Both the position numbers and the translations under genes were made by a program. The notes beneath the pieces are model-generated. The model had not been told where the DNA came from, searched no databases, and saw nothing but the letters and a program-made list of their open reading frames with translations. Positions 40,409 to 53,249 of a DNA stretch of 64,000 nucleotides are shown piece by piece (position 1 is the first letter of the stretch; every line of letters begins with the position of its first letter). This DNA is from Epiperipatus broadwayi (taxonomy: Eukaryota; Animalia; Onychophora). The stretch is taken from contig JAQFVV010000008.1 of the NCBI GenBank assembly GCA_028023455.1, positions 5,022,001 to 5,086,000 on the forward strand, written 5' to 3'.

Positions 40409-43400
40409 GAAACGAGTTTGCTATTAACTGAAAGGAGACCCTTTGATTCCTCTTGGAGGCCTTAAAGGAACCGAGCAGGGCAAATTCCTAATGTCCACTC
40501 CATACATTCTTGTCGTTGCAGCTGTTATTACTATATGATGATTCATATAGTATACGAACATGGATGGGCTGCTCACCAACACGCATTAGCCAGTGTGGTG
40601 AGTTTATTGGCTTTTTACCTCTGAGTTTAAGATCAAAAAACACCATGATCTTTCTTCTCAGTGCCTGATAAGGCAGAATGAATGTTTGTGTAAATGATAA
40701 ATATTTTCCAATACATGTATACAATTATGACAGAAAAATAAAGCATGGCCCTTATTCCCAGGAGGCTGTAAAGTCACCAACCAAGGCAGCAGTTGGTGGC
40801 CGAAGGCGGAGGGTGCTAAGAATCCCCTGATTGTGGACCCAGGCTGCCATTTGATGACAACTTTTTATTTAGGTACTTACAACTGCAGATCACTTTCAAG
40901 TGAAGGAAGATTGCAAGAATTAGAAGAAGAACTCTCTTATATTAAATGGGACATTGTTGGACTTTGTGAAGTTAGAAGAAAAGGTGAAGAAACAATTGAT
41001 TTAAAAAGTGGACATATACTCTATTATAAAGGCACAAATATTGGAAATATAAGTGGAGTAGGATTCATTATAAGGCACAAATATTGGAAATACAAGTGGA
41101 GTAGGATTCATTATAAATAAAAAGTGGAAGAACAATATTGTGGAGATTGATGGTGTATCAGACAGAGTGGCAAGATTAGTTATACAACTTAATAGCAGAT
41201 ATCAAATGCAGATAATTCAGGTTTATGCCCCAACAAGTTCTCATAGTGATGAAGTAGTAGAAGATTTTTATATGGATGTACAAAAGGCTTTTGATCAGAG
41301 TAAACAACATTTTAAAATCATTATGGGAGACTTTAATGCTAGAATTGGTAAACAAACAAAAGATGAAAGTGCTGTAGGTAATTTTGGTTATGGTAATAGA
41401 AATGAGAGAGGACATAGACTTGTGGAGTTTGGAGAAAAAGAAAAACTTTATAGTATGAATTCTTTTTTTGAGAAAAATGTTAAAAGTAAATGGACATGGA
41501 AGCATCCAAATGAAGGTACAGTAGAATTGGATTATATTTTGACTGATAGGAAATACATATTTCGAGATTGTAATGTTCTTAATAAATTTAACACAGGAAG
41601 TGATCATCGATTAGTAAGGAGTAAGATATGTGTTAATGTGAAACTAGAGAGACAAAAATTATTAAGAAAGACAATATTTACAGTTGATATTCCTAATCTT
41701 CAGAAACATTCTAATGAATTTAAATTAGAACTTAGAAATCGGTTTCAAGTATTAGTAGATTTTCGGCATGATTCAGATTTGAATGAAATTAATATGAAAA
41801 TAACTGATACACTTTTAAAAACTGCAACAAAGATAGCTGGTAGAAAAAAGCAGCAATTGACAAATAAAATTTCTACTGAGACTAGAGAATTTATGAAGAA
41901 AAGAAGGAATATGAAGATATACAAAAGTGATGCATTAAAAAGAATTGAATATCTTGAATTTTGTAAAATGGTGTGGAAAAGAGTTGAAAATGATATAAGA
42001 AAGTATAATTGTGAACTAGCAAGGAAAGCTGTAGAAGAAAATAAAAGTCTTAAGAATGTAAAACAACATTTTGGTATTGGTAGGAAATTTATATCTGCAA
42101 TAAGAAAAAAAGATGGAATTGTTACTAAAAAGAGAGATGACATCATAAAATTGGTAGAAGATTTTTATCAAGAATTATATAGTAATAAAGAACAAGTACC
42201 TCCTACATCTATTACATCTTCCGAATTGCCCAGAATTTTAAATGAAGAAGTGAGACATGCAATTAAATGTATGAAGAAGGGAAAGGTTCCAGGTAATGAT
42301 GGAATTATAATTGATATATTAAAAGAAGCAGGTGAAGAAATAGAAAATTTTTTAGCAAAGTTATATACCAAATGTCTAAATGATAAAGATGTACCGGATG
42401 ATTGGAAGAATGCAGTAATAATATTAATATTTAAAAAAGGTGATAAAGAAGATATTAGAAATTACAGACCTATCAGCCTTCTATCAGTTTTATATAAAAT
42501 TTTTACCAAGATAATTACAACTCGTCTACAGAGAACATTGGATTTCCACCAACCAAGAAAACAAGCTGGATTTAAAAGTGGTTTTAGTACAGTAGATCAT
42601 ATCCGGGTGTTGAGAGAAGTTATAGAAAGGACAAATGAATATGAGTTTTCATTATGTTTTGGATTTGTAGATTATGAAAAGGCATTTGATTCTATAAACA
42701 TTTCTTCAGTGATTAAAGCATTGGATCATCAAGGTATAGATCCAGGATATTGTCATATTTTGAAGAATATTTATAAAAATGCAACAGCAACAATTAGATT
42801 ACATAATGATACTGGGAAAGTCAACATTGAGAAAGGTGTAAGACAAGGTGACTCCATATCTCCAAAACTTTTTACAGCAGTGCTGCAAGAAGTATTTTGT
42901 GGATTAAAATGGGAAACTAAAGGAGTGAAAGTAAATGGAGATTATTTAAGTCATTTAGATTTTGCAGATGATGTAGTTGTTTTTGCAAATAATGCTTCAG
43001 AGCTGCAGGAAATGTTGCAGGAGTTAGCAGATGAAAGTAAAAAAGTAGGACTAAAGATAAATGTTAAAAAGACTAAAGTAATGTTTAATCGATTTGTTCA
43101 AAATATGAAAATAAAGATTGATTATGATGAATTAGAAGAAGTTAACAGTTACAAATACCTTGGTCAGATTATTAATACAGATGGAAACATAATGGAAGAA
43201 ATTAATCATAGAATTAAACTTTGTTGGAGTGCTTTTGATAGAAATAACTTGATACTAAAAAGAAATATGCCTATGTGTTTGAAAAGGAAGGTTTTTAACA
43301 AATGTGTTTTACCAGTTCTTACTTATGGATCTGAGACTTGGACACTTAATAGAAGAGCAATACAGAGACTTCAGACCACTCAAAGAAGTATGGAGAGATG

Positions 43401-43743
43401 TATGTTGGGAGTAACACGAAGAGATCGAAAACGCAATGTATGGGTAAGAGAACAAACAAGTGTTACTGACCTCATTGAAAAAATTAAAAGATTGAAGTGG
43501 AGTTGGGCTAGTCATATTGCTAGAAGAGATGATACTAGATGGACAATTGAAACTTTAAACTGGATTCCAAGAGATTGTAAAAGACCCAGAAAGAGACCAC
43601 ATGTGAGATGGATGGATGGATGAAATAAGAAAGTGTGCAGGGGTGATGTGGAGAAGAGAATCTGAAGATCGGTGAAGATGGATTAAACTTGGAGAGACCT
43701 TCATCCTGCAGTGGATTGATAATGGTTGGTAATGATGATGATG
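40409..43743 (+). mobile_element. RTE-clade LINE, apparently full length, young
   Basis: Single APE plus RT ORF, (gat)n tail 43733-43743, GC-richer putative 5' UTR from about 40409; candidate TSD aaatttgca/aaatttaca (40400-40408 and 43744-43752). The 5' boundary is less certain. Confidence 0.9.
40854..43623 (+). pseudogene. RTE APE-endonuclease/reverse transcriptase ORF, frameshifted
   Basis: LGTYNCRSL, QVYAPTS, MGDFNAR, LDYIL and GSDH (APE); YRPISLL, DYEKAFD, GVRQGD and FADD (RT). Broken by a 43-bp tandem duplication (41023-41109), a 4-bp ggat slippage near 43615 and a downstream TGA. Confidence 0.93.
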
Positions 43744-44744
43744 AAATTTACAATGGATGAAAGAATTGGAGATAATCTATGATACTTGAAGATGGATATA
43801 AAATTAGTTATAAAATATTTTATATAAAATATAGCTTTATATAAAATATATATTTAAGCAATTAAAAAAAAAGACTAAAAGATTTATAATTTCAATATAC
43901 AGATTGAAAATCAAGAAGGTGAATAAAACTGATGTGATTAGAAATAATAGATGTATTAAAAAGAATAGTTAAAAGAGAAGTAGGGAAATTATTTTAAAAT
44001 GTAAAAAGCAAGAAATAAGATTGTAGATAATATTAATAAGGATGAAAACATATATTTTCAAAATGGGAAAAGGGTGGTAATGCAAGAGCAATAAGGCCTC
44101 ATCATTTGAAATACGAAATCTGCCTTCCGGAAGACAATGCGTGACATTTTACAATTCTTCTGAGCTACTGTATAATTTCAATTCTAATTTATATAGATAT
44201 AAAAAGACTATAAAATCATAAAACTTTGTATTGTTGATTTTAAATTTACAAAAGATCTCAACTTGTCAAATTTTAACTTTAAATCTATATGAAAAATCTA
44301 GAATACTTAATCTTTTGAATATATGCAGATTTATTTGAGAATAAAATGGTTCTATTATTTTGTAAGTCGTATATTCTCTCAGTTATATATGTGAACATTA
44401 AGGAAATAAGTTTCTTCAAATATAATTTTGAAATCTCAGAGGAAATATCTATTAGAAATTTTAAATTTATTGATAGATTTATTGATTGGGTCAATAGTGG
44501 TTGTTTAAAAATGAAGTTTCAAAATGTTTATAAATTTGAAGAAAGACCACTTAATCTGTCACAAAAGTAAAATAAATTTTTTATGCAATAAATAATTATT
44601 TGAAAGGAATTGCTATGATTATTTATCATAATGTATAATTTATTACTGTAATAATGTTAAATTTATAGCATTTACAGAAAACACTATTAAAAAAGTAATT
44701 AATACTGTAATATTTAAGTACAAGTATATTGTCTATGTTGAACT

Positions 44745-45226
44745 TAATGTAATTAGAAGGGATTTGAATTCAGATTTTCAAGCTCCCTAGAGCTATTCAC
44801 TTCATCTTATATAACTGATACACATGATCACATACATGTGAAAAAGATAAATGATTTTTTAATGTATGTATTTCATGCTGTACCAGCATTCATCAGTTAA
44901 TCCAGATCATCATTTCCCACACATATATAATCAGTGCTCAGTTTATATTAAGATAGCAAATCTTCAAACTTTAATGGACAAACTTCAATCATTTCCACCT
45001 TCCACTAAGTTTGATGATTTTCTATCTTAATATAAACTGGGTGCTGATTATATATGTGTGTGGAAAATGATGTACCAATTGATGAGTGGTGGTTCAGCAC
45101 AAAATGTGTATATTGAAGATCATTTATCTTTTTCACATGTATGTGGTCATGTATATCAGTTGTATAAGATGGAATGGATAGCTGTAAGAAGCCTGAAAGT
45201 CTGAGTTCAAATCCTTTTTAACATTA
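44745..45226. mobile_element. Fold-back element, family B, with hammerhead and tRNA-like T-arm in each arm
   Basis: Arms 44745-44971 and 45007-45226; HHR CTGATGA ATGCTG-GTA-CAGCAT GAAA (44896-44871, minus) and TTGATGA GTGGTG-GTT-CAGCAC AAAA (45079-45104); outer ends ctgagttcaaatcc. TSD not resolved. Confidence 0.85.
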
Positions 45227-46607
45227 TAATAATAGTCTGTTATAAATATTATTTAATTATTGTAAAAAAAAATTTCAAGTGAAGAAGTTCATAGAAGAAT
45301 TCTTACAATAATGATTGTTATAGATCATTCATTATACAATTTACTGCAAATAAAATTTTGTAATTGAATATAAAAATATATTTCATGCATGGTCTATAAT
45401 ATCCCATCATCATTTTATATATTATTATATACTATAATCTTTTATAAAAATGTAGAAAAATATCAAATGTAAATATTTATTTTTATATTGCTTTTGGTGA
45501 TTTATTCAAAACATTAACTCAATTAACAGCAGATTTGCATAATGTTTGAAATAGTTATCTATAAAATTTTATATTATACAGCTTCTAAATTATGGAATAA
45601 AAAGATTATCATTGGTGTCAAAAAATCTAAGGTGTTTGAAATAAAAACTGGTGTTAAATAAAAGTATATACTATCTCTAATACATCACATGATCACTATT
45701 TTTGGATGGCAGTACTATTATTTCTAATATAATTTTATTTTCCATATTTATGATGAATATCTTTGTAACAATTTATACAGCTTCATAAAGCTTGCATCAA
45801 AATATATATTTGATAGCGAAGTTTTTGATATATGACAATTAAAAGCAGACACAAGAATCTCAACTTTTTGAATTTTAGATTTATAATTTATAAAGTTTTT
45901 CCATTGTCTTGCCAGTATGCTATTCCAATTGACTCTAGACTAAAGATAAATTATGGAATCAATGTTGAAGCCTGCATCATATTACAACCCAAATTAATCT
46001 GACAACATTATCCTCTATTCATTCAACTTTTGCAATTTAAAAGATAATATACTGAGTGTTCTAAAAATTTTGATTGTAATCTATAAATATTTTAGTCAAT
46101 CAGTAATGGAAAAAATCTTTACTAAGTTTTCTTGTGTATTTTTCAATATAAAATGTAAATTACCTTAAATATCTTGATAGATTTTTAGTAATGGGTTTTT
46201 TTATATTTGCATATATCAATAATCTTATGCTAATAACAAAAGAAATAAAATTTTCTAGAGATATAAATATATAACAATCATTTTAAGAGAAATGAAATGA
46301 TTTATCCAAAGTATCTTATTCTTGAAGTAGATTCTCCCATTTTATTCTACAACTGTAAATAAAAAGATGACCTTAGGGTCTATAACAAGTAACATGGGCC
46401 TTTGCTATTATATATATATACAGATTTTTAAAAAAAATTGTGAGTCATTATTTATTAGAGATAATTAAATATATGAATACTATGCTCAGTAGTTCTTTTG
46501 GATGTAAATTATTTATTTATGTTGCTAAATGTTTGAATCATGATTAGTAAATGAAACTAATTATTTTTTTCATTGATTCAATACACAGCAAATACAGTTT
46601 AACAGGT

Positions 46608-46780
46608 CAAGACTAAAACAACTAGCACATCTCAATAGCCAAGACTAAAAAAATGGCAGTTCAATAAACCAAGAGTAAAATAAGTAGCACAGTTTGATAA
46701 GGCAAGACTGTGGCAGTTTGATAAGTTAAGACCAAAATCAATTACCATTCACTATTCTTAGACCAAAACTGGCAAGCAAA
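46608..46780 (+). repeat. Imperfect tandem repeat, unit about 30 bp
   Basis: Recurrent caagactaaaa...agcacag/ggcag...aata motif, about 5 units. Confidence 0.6.
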
Positions 46781-46899
46781 CAATGTGGCTGTTCATCAGG
46801 GCAAGATTATAACCCTGCATGAAAATTTGGAAAACAAATCTAAATAAAATGACAATTTAAAACTGTCAACAACTGACCAATAAGAATGCTACAGTATTA

Positions 46900-49800
46900 A
46901 TGTAGCATGATTGAAATCACTGAGCAAAATCCAAAATCCAATAGAATAATTTAAAAAGTAATAAACTAAAATAAATAGAAAATACTAAAATGGCACTGGT
47001 TATTCAAATGTGTAAACCTAATTTTAACATAAAAAGTCCTTCATGGTGAGCAATATTTTTTCATAAATAATGTTTCAAATACCACTATTAAGATAGCAAC
47101 CCTATTATGGATGGCAGAAAAAGTTATTGAAATCTCAATCCATTTGTATAAAAATAAATATGACAAACTAATGATACATCTAATTTATCTGCATTTTCCA
47201 AATAGATATACCATGGGGGAAGATGTTCTCAGAATATGATGCAGTACTAAGTAAATTCACTAGAGACTGTATATAAAAGTGATTTTATGGATGAAGGTCT
47301 ATTGAAACAAATATTCCATGACCTATACAATGATTTATTAGAAAAACAACTGATTGATCCACTAATTTATATAATAGTGAGACAATAAAATGTAAAGTAT
47401 TGCATGAATTAGGTGTAAAGAGTTCCAGACAACAGGCAATCAGAACTCTGGAAAACAGACATTCATAAAATCACAAATGCAAAAACACACTTAAAAAAAA
47501 AAAAGAATCCTAGTACAATTAATTGTTGAAAATATTTGAGATATTTAATTTATAAATACAAATTTGAATACTGTAGAAATTGCAGATTTAGAGAACATCT
47601 TATGAGAGTATGTCAGAATGTTATATGTTAGGGAAAGAATAAACTCTCTTCACAAGAATAATAATAAACTACATACACAAAAGTTGTAAAGCATAGAAAT
47701 GCCTAAAACAATTCATGATCATTATAAAAAGCTGCAGTGAACTTCCATATGGGACAAGAGCATCACTTATGAATTATTAATCAATGGTAGTAAAATAACT
47801 CCACAATTAAATAAAATGGCTTTAAAATAGGGGGTTCAAATGACATTTTTATAAAACTAAAAGATTTAATAAACTTTCTAATCAAATTTAGAGCCATAGT
47901 AGAAGAACAAAACATCATTAATTCTATAATATATATGAATGATTTGATATTTGCATGGTAAACCAGATCAAGGTAAAAGTTGAAATAGAAAACAAGTTTT
48001 CTTATTTATTCAAATCTGACCAGAGTCTCATTAACTTGTCACTGATAAATGAGACTGTCTATATACCTGCTCAGTAAAGAACTGCAGTGATTTATGAAAA
48101 ATGGTTCTCATACCAATTAGATGTTCAGAGTAAGCCACCTTTATAGAGTTCCCAAAAACCATTGGAAAAATCTGTACATGTGGAGATTTATTATATAACA
48201 GTAAATAGAAATTTAAGAAAAAACTCATAAACAACTCCAAACAGCTTCAGAAAAACCACAGAAAATATTAGTTAAAAAGGAAGGAGTGGAACAATTTGCT
48301 AAACTAGGCCTAAATGTAGATTTTCATCAGATTGTTATCATAAAAAATCCAACAAAGATATACACATATAGATTTTTTCACTATAACAGACTTTTATTTG
48401 AAATTTCCATGTCTCTAGATATTTTTCAATCCAAAGATGGATACAATACTATGGCACACAAAATGTGATTCCACACTATAATGAGTTTCTGGTAATGGTG
48501 AACTCAGAAGCACCATTAAGAAGTCATATATATAAAGCCTACAAAAAACTTTCACAATTTGGAGCCAAGTTAAAACATCCCATAATATATATGAGAATCA
48601 TGTAACATAAAATATCTAGACAGTATTATTTTTAAATAGGATCTTGTATTGTAAAAAGACTATGTGCTTTTCTTGATCTAATTAACTAATTTTGAAAATT
48701 TTCTTTTAGAAAAAGCACACATTGTCCAGACCCTTTAAGAATTTGGTTTAAAAAAATCAAAAATGTATCTTGTGAAGTTATTACTGAGTAAACTTTTATT
48801 AAAATTAAATCTCTCTTGAATTCTGAAAGTTTGTTAGAACATTACAATAGCATATTCAAAATATCCTGAAGTATCATGAGGAAAGTTATAGATCTCTCCA
48901 CTTACAATAAAGAATAGCAAGTCCCTTTTCTATGCAAATATTCATTGCACACTGAGAAAAAATAGTCAACTGGAGAACAAGCAGACTCTTCTTTAAAAAA
49001 CTTTTTGACTAATAAATATATGGCTAATCATTCAAAATATTGACTAGTCATAAGTATAGCTCATAAACTTATTGAATCCAAAAACCAATATCAGACTATT
49101 TTAGCCCAGTAATGTTTCATTTGATTAAATGTGTTAGCTGAATACAATTATAAAAAAGATTTCACAAAAATAAAAAATTAAGCACATGGATACATTAAAT
49201 ATTAGAATAAGGAAGAACCAAGAATGATGGAAGTATCTGTAAATTATATTGGTAAATTAAGATCTAGTTATTATGTAACGGGAAAGAAACATTATAGACA
49301 AAATATGATCAAGATTATTAGACTTTGGAAAAGTGAATTAAAAAAAGATTGGCCTAAAAATCAGCCTCAAATTCTTTATAAATCACTTTCAAAAAGACCT
49401 CAAAGTTGTATAAAGCAAAGTCTTGAACTATATCATAAGGGTATTCCAGTTATAGTTAAGACAAAGGATCTAGTTTGTGGCTGAAAAACATTCTATGTCA
49501 ATCTACGAAAACGTATGTCATGTCTGCAAAGACAGATTTCTGAAAACAAATATATATTGATTATTCAGAACCATTCATAAGATACTTATTTCTGATACTC
49601 ATAGATATTTACTAAAAATGGACAGAAAATAAGACTGTTAAAAAGGATGAGCATGGAAACAATTTCAAGTTTAAAGATTTTTACAAATCATGTTTTACCT
49701 GAAACAACTGTCTGATGTCAGAACTAGATTCATGTACCAAAAATTTAAAGTTTACTTGAAGAGATGGGAAATAAAATACATATGCATGGCATTCTATAAT

Positions 49801-50450
49801 AGAATCAAACTGATTGACCAAAAAGACTAATCAATCCTTAAAAATCAATCCTTAAAACATATTTAAAATAAATTAAAAATCAATAATTTAAAAAGCAAAA
49901 ATGTTAAATACTGTATTATTGTATTAACATACAATTCCCTTGACAATAACTGAGAATCCTCAGACAAGCTGTGATTGGGATATAAATATCCATAGTAAAT
50001 TGATTTTTCTTATGCTTAAAGATAAAATTATAGAAACATAAGATTAAAAGAGCATATAAAAAATATAAAGAAAACATGAACTACAGATAATTTTAAAAAA
50101 TAGATAGATAGACAGAAGAGATCTAAAAAATTCTATCAAAATTTATAGTAGTGATTTAGATCATTTCAGTCACTATATGTAAGAGACATTTAAATCCTAT
50201 TTGCTGCAACTTAAAGATAATATACAAATAGAAATCACGACATCTGAAAAAGCATCTGAAGTCAATATTACAGAACCCAAAATAGAAATTAAAGAAACCA
50301 AGGAAACAAATCAATTTCAAGAAACTTAAATAACGCTAACATTAATTAAAAAATAAAATCTGAGACTACCAAAATACTTCTAGGATTACATTACAATCAT
50401 GAAAAATCTCAAGACTCTATTTAGGAGAAGATTGTATTATATATGTATGC
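46900..50450 (+). mobile_element. Decayed Ty3/Gypsy LTR retrotransposon (pol relic)
   Basis: QFAKLGLNVDFHQI...YRFFHYNRLLFEISMSLDIFQSK (48286-48440) resembles Gypsy RT FSKLDL..AYHQI...YxRLPFGISSAP.IFQ; integrase-like LYHKGIPVIVKTK (49425-49465). LTRs not resolved; boundaries approximate. Confidence 0.75.
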
Positions 50451-52589
50451 TTGTTACAACAACAATCTTATGCTAAAACAATAAGAAATAAAATTGCTAA
50501 GGTATAAATATTTATTTCAAAAACTATAAAAAATTTTGTGGCTATATAATGCTGGTACACTTTAATAAATTATTGATTAATAATTATATCTTTCTATCAA
50601 AACTTTGGGCAAATAATTTAATATTTATTTGTAAGCCTACATATTTAATATTTTTATAAATTGTGAAACTTATTGATTAAATTAGTTATTTAGAATGTTT
50701 TTTATGAATGAATTTATGGCATACTGATTAACAAATCCACAAGTTATGTCTAAGAGTATGCAATTAAAGTATATAAATGAGAAAATTATTTTTAATTAAA
50801 AATCATTGCATAGAAAATTACATAAGCAACAATTTATTTTTTAAAATATAAAATATTTCATGAGTCCAGATCAGTAGAAGTTTGAAACTTCTTCAGATTA
50901 AAACAGATTTAGGAACTTTTTTTAGAATTAGATAATCCACCTAGAAATTTAAATCTGGGAAAATGAGTATTGTTAGTGACTCTGTTTTTATTTATATAGT
51001 CTTATAATCTGAATTGTCTAATTACTGATAATGCAGTGATTGTAATATAAAATAAAAAATATGATTGTAATACGTTATGGACTTTATTACTAATGACAGG
51101 CAAATTATAATTATATTCATATGTCACTTTAATGTAAGTTTCCCAGTTATAAACTTTCATTTATTCAGATGGCTTGTTTACTATTTATTTCTGATTATGT
51201 TCTAAAATTGTTCAATAATTTTACTACATTCTATAAGTTTCAAGCAATATTTAATTTAGGTTATATTACCATTGAGCAGTAACATTTTTTAATGAAAAGA
51301 TCAATTTAAAATAACATAAAGTCTAAGATTTTTTTTTCAGCTTTTTCAAACAAAAAATTATTTACGCCTTTAACACTCTCACCAAGTAGCAATTGTTGAT
51401 CACTCAAATATTAAAAATGAAATCGGTTTTAGTTTACAATAATCTGAAAATGATAATTCTTAATTATTATATTAGTATAATACAATTTTTATCATCATAA
51501 TTCACTTTGAGAAATTTTGAATTTATAACAAGTTATCTGTTTATTATTTTTTATATTTTTAAAAGTTATTATTATACGAAAAAAAAATTAAACTGAAATC
51601 GAAAGTTTTAATGATGGAATGTCAATGAAAATATGTAGTAATGAGATTTATTTATTTTCTAAAATGTTCAAATATAAATAAATATAATGTGTATATTCTT
51701 TACAATGATCATTACTTATCTATCAAAAAAACTTTTTTACTTTTTGATCAATTTAAAATTGTTATTGTACCAAAATATTAAAAATAATAAGTAAATCTAA
51801 AAAAAAACATCAGCTATTAAAAAAAAATTTATACTTATTTTATAAAAAAAACTTAAAATTTCTTATTTAATTTAAATCAATTATCACACACATTAAACAT
51901 CTGTTTTACGTAAATATATTAATTATTATTACTTGAGATTATTATATTACTTAGTCAAGATATAAACTTTATTAAATATACAAGAGGGGAGCCAAAAATA
52001 ATGGGAATTTTACAATAAAAAATTGTTTATTTATCTTTAAGTGTTATAAATGTAATCTTCTTCAAAGTACTGTATATTTAATGCAATATATTAGACTAAA
52101 CTTGTTCTCATTTTTCAAAGTAGTCAAGAAACACTTACAAAGTGAATCTTTTAACACCTGCTTCATTTTTTTTCACTACTTTTAAGACAGCAAAAAAAAG
52201 ATATTGAGGCATTTTTTTATTTAAGAGAATAAAAAGAAGTCACATGATTAGATATCAAGCCAATATGACTAAAAGATAAGTTGGATTATGTTAAATTTAA
52301 TTAAAAATTGTTTCACACTCAAGACTGTTCACAGAGGAATTGTCATGGTGAAGCTTGCATTCCTCACTTCTCCACAAAATGGGACATTTACATTTCACTG
52401 CATCATGGAAACATTTCAGAACTTGTAGGTAAAATGTCTGACTGTTTTTGAGAAAAAATACCATTTGTGTCAATTAAAAAATTATCAACATTATTTTGAC
52501 TTTGAACTTCACTCACCATGCTTTTTTAGGACATGGTGAATTTGAAAAGATTTCATGAGTATTAATGTGTAATAAGAAATGTGGACTTA

Positions 52590-52790
52590 ATTAGTGAAGT
52601 ATTAAATAGCTTCACACTCTCAGATCAAACTGCTTCAGCTTCACCTATTTAAATAGAAAGTAGGTTGAAGTACCCCTCTTTTCTTCCAAAGAGTAAGCTT
52701 GTGGTTTAAGACCTGTAGAGGTCCCTACTATTGCATTTTTATACACATGTACTTGAGGCTACAGCCTTAATGAATATTACTTAAATCATT
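52590..52790 (+). repeat. Unfolded single copy of family C
   Basis: Aligns with 16779-16995 (gtgaag.tatt...agcttcacactc) and 33389-33470 (cttgtggtt.aagacctgtaga.gtccctac...aatatt). Confidence 0.75.
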
Positions 52791-53249
52791 CATAAAAACT
52801 TGTGTTTTTCCCAGAACAGCTTTCTTGTAAGCTATTTTAAGCATTAAACTGTTTTCTCTATCATTTTCCCTAAAAGAAAACAGAATTTAATATTATTTTA
52901 ACTTTTCTGCCATTACAAAAATTACCAAATACATGAAAGGCACTTTACAAAAAATATGTTACATGGCACTATGATTTTACATGGGAATGTAATTTAACAG
53001 ATTGATGCAAAAGGATCCCCACAAAAGGGTATGTAATATTAGAAGCATATGTATAACAGCAGGTGCATTTACCAAAAACAATTCAGGTTATTTTTGGGTC
53101 CTCCCTCATATGTAATTGGGCATCTATTCACTATCTTGAAAAAGTAAGGAATGGATAGATGCTTTAATATATTTAAATTTTAATTGATATTTTTTTTTAG
53201 AAATGTGCAATAGTCATTCTAAAATTATTTTTCTTTAAATACATACTGT

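Noticed and set aside
40615-40665. HHR-like CTGAGAAGA AAGATCA...TGATCTT AAACTC on the minus strand
   Set aside because: Core is non-canonical and stem I is missing.
40409-40850. Possible HDV-like ribozyme in the RTE 5' UTR (GCTAAGAAT, GGGCAA motifs)
   Set aside because: Could not assemble consistent P1/P2/P3 pairings by eye; needs an RNArobo or Infernal search.
46608-46780. Repeat with about 30-bp periodicity resembling a CRISPR array
   Set aside because: Units are degenerate without distinct spacers, the context is eukaryotic and no cas genes are present.
53001-53141. Possible small plus-strand exons (LMQKDPHKR, kinase-like)
   Set aside because: Splice-like sites are present, but no consistent spliced frame or further kinase motifs were found.
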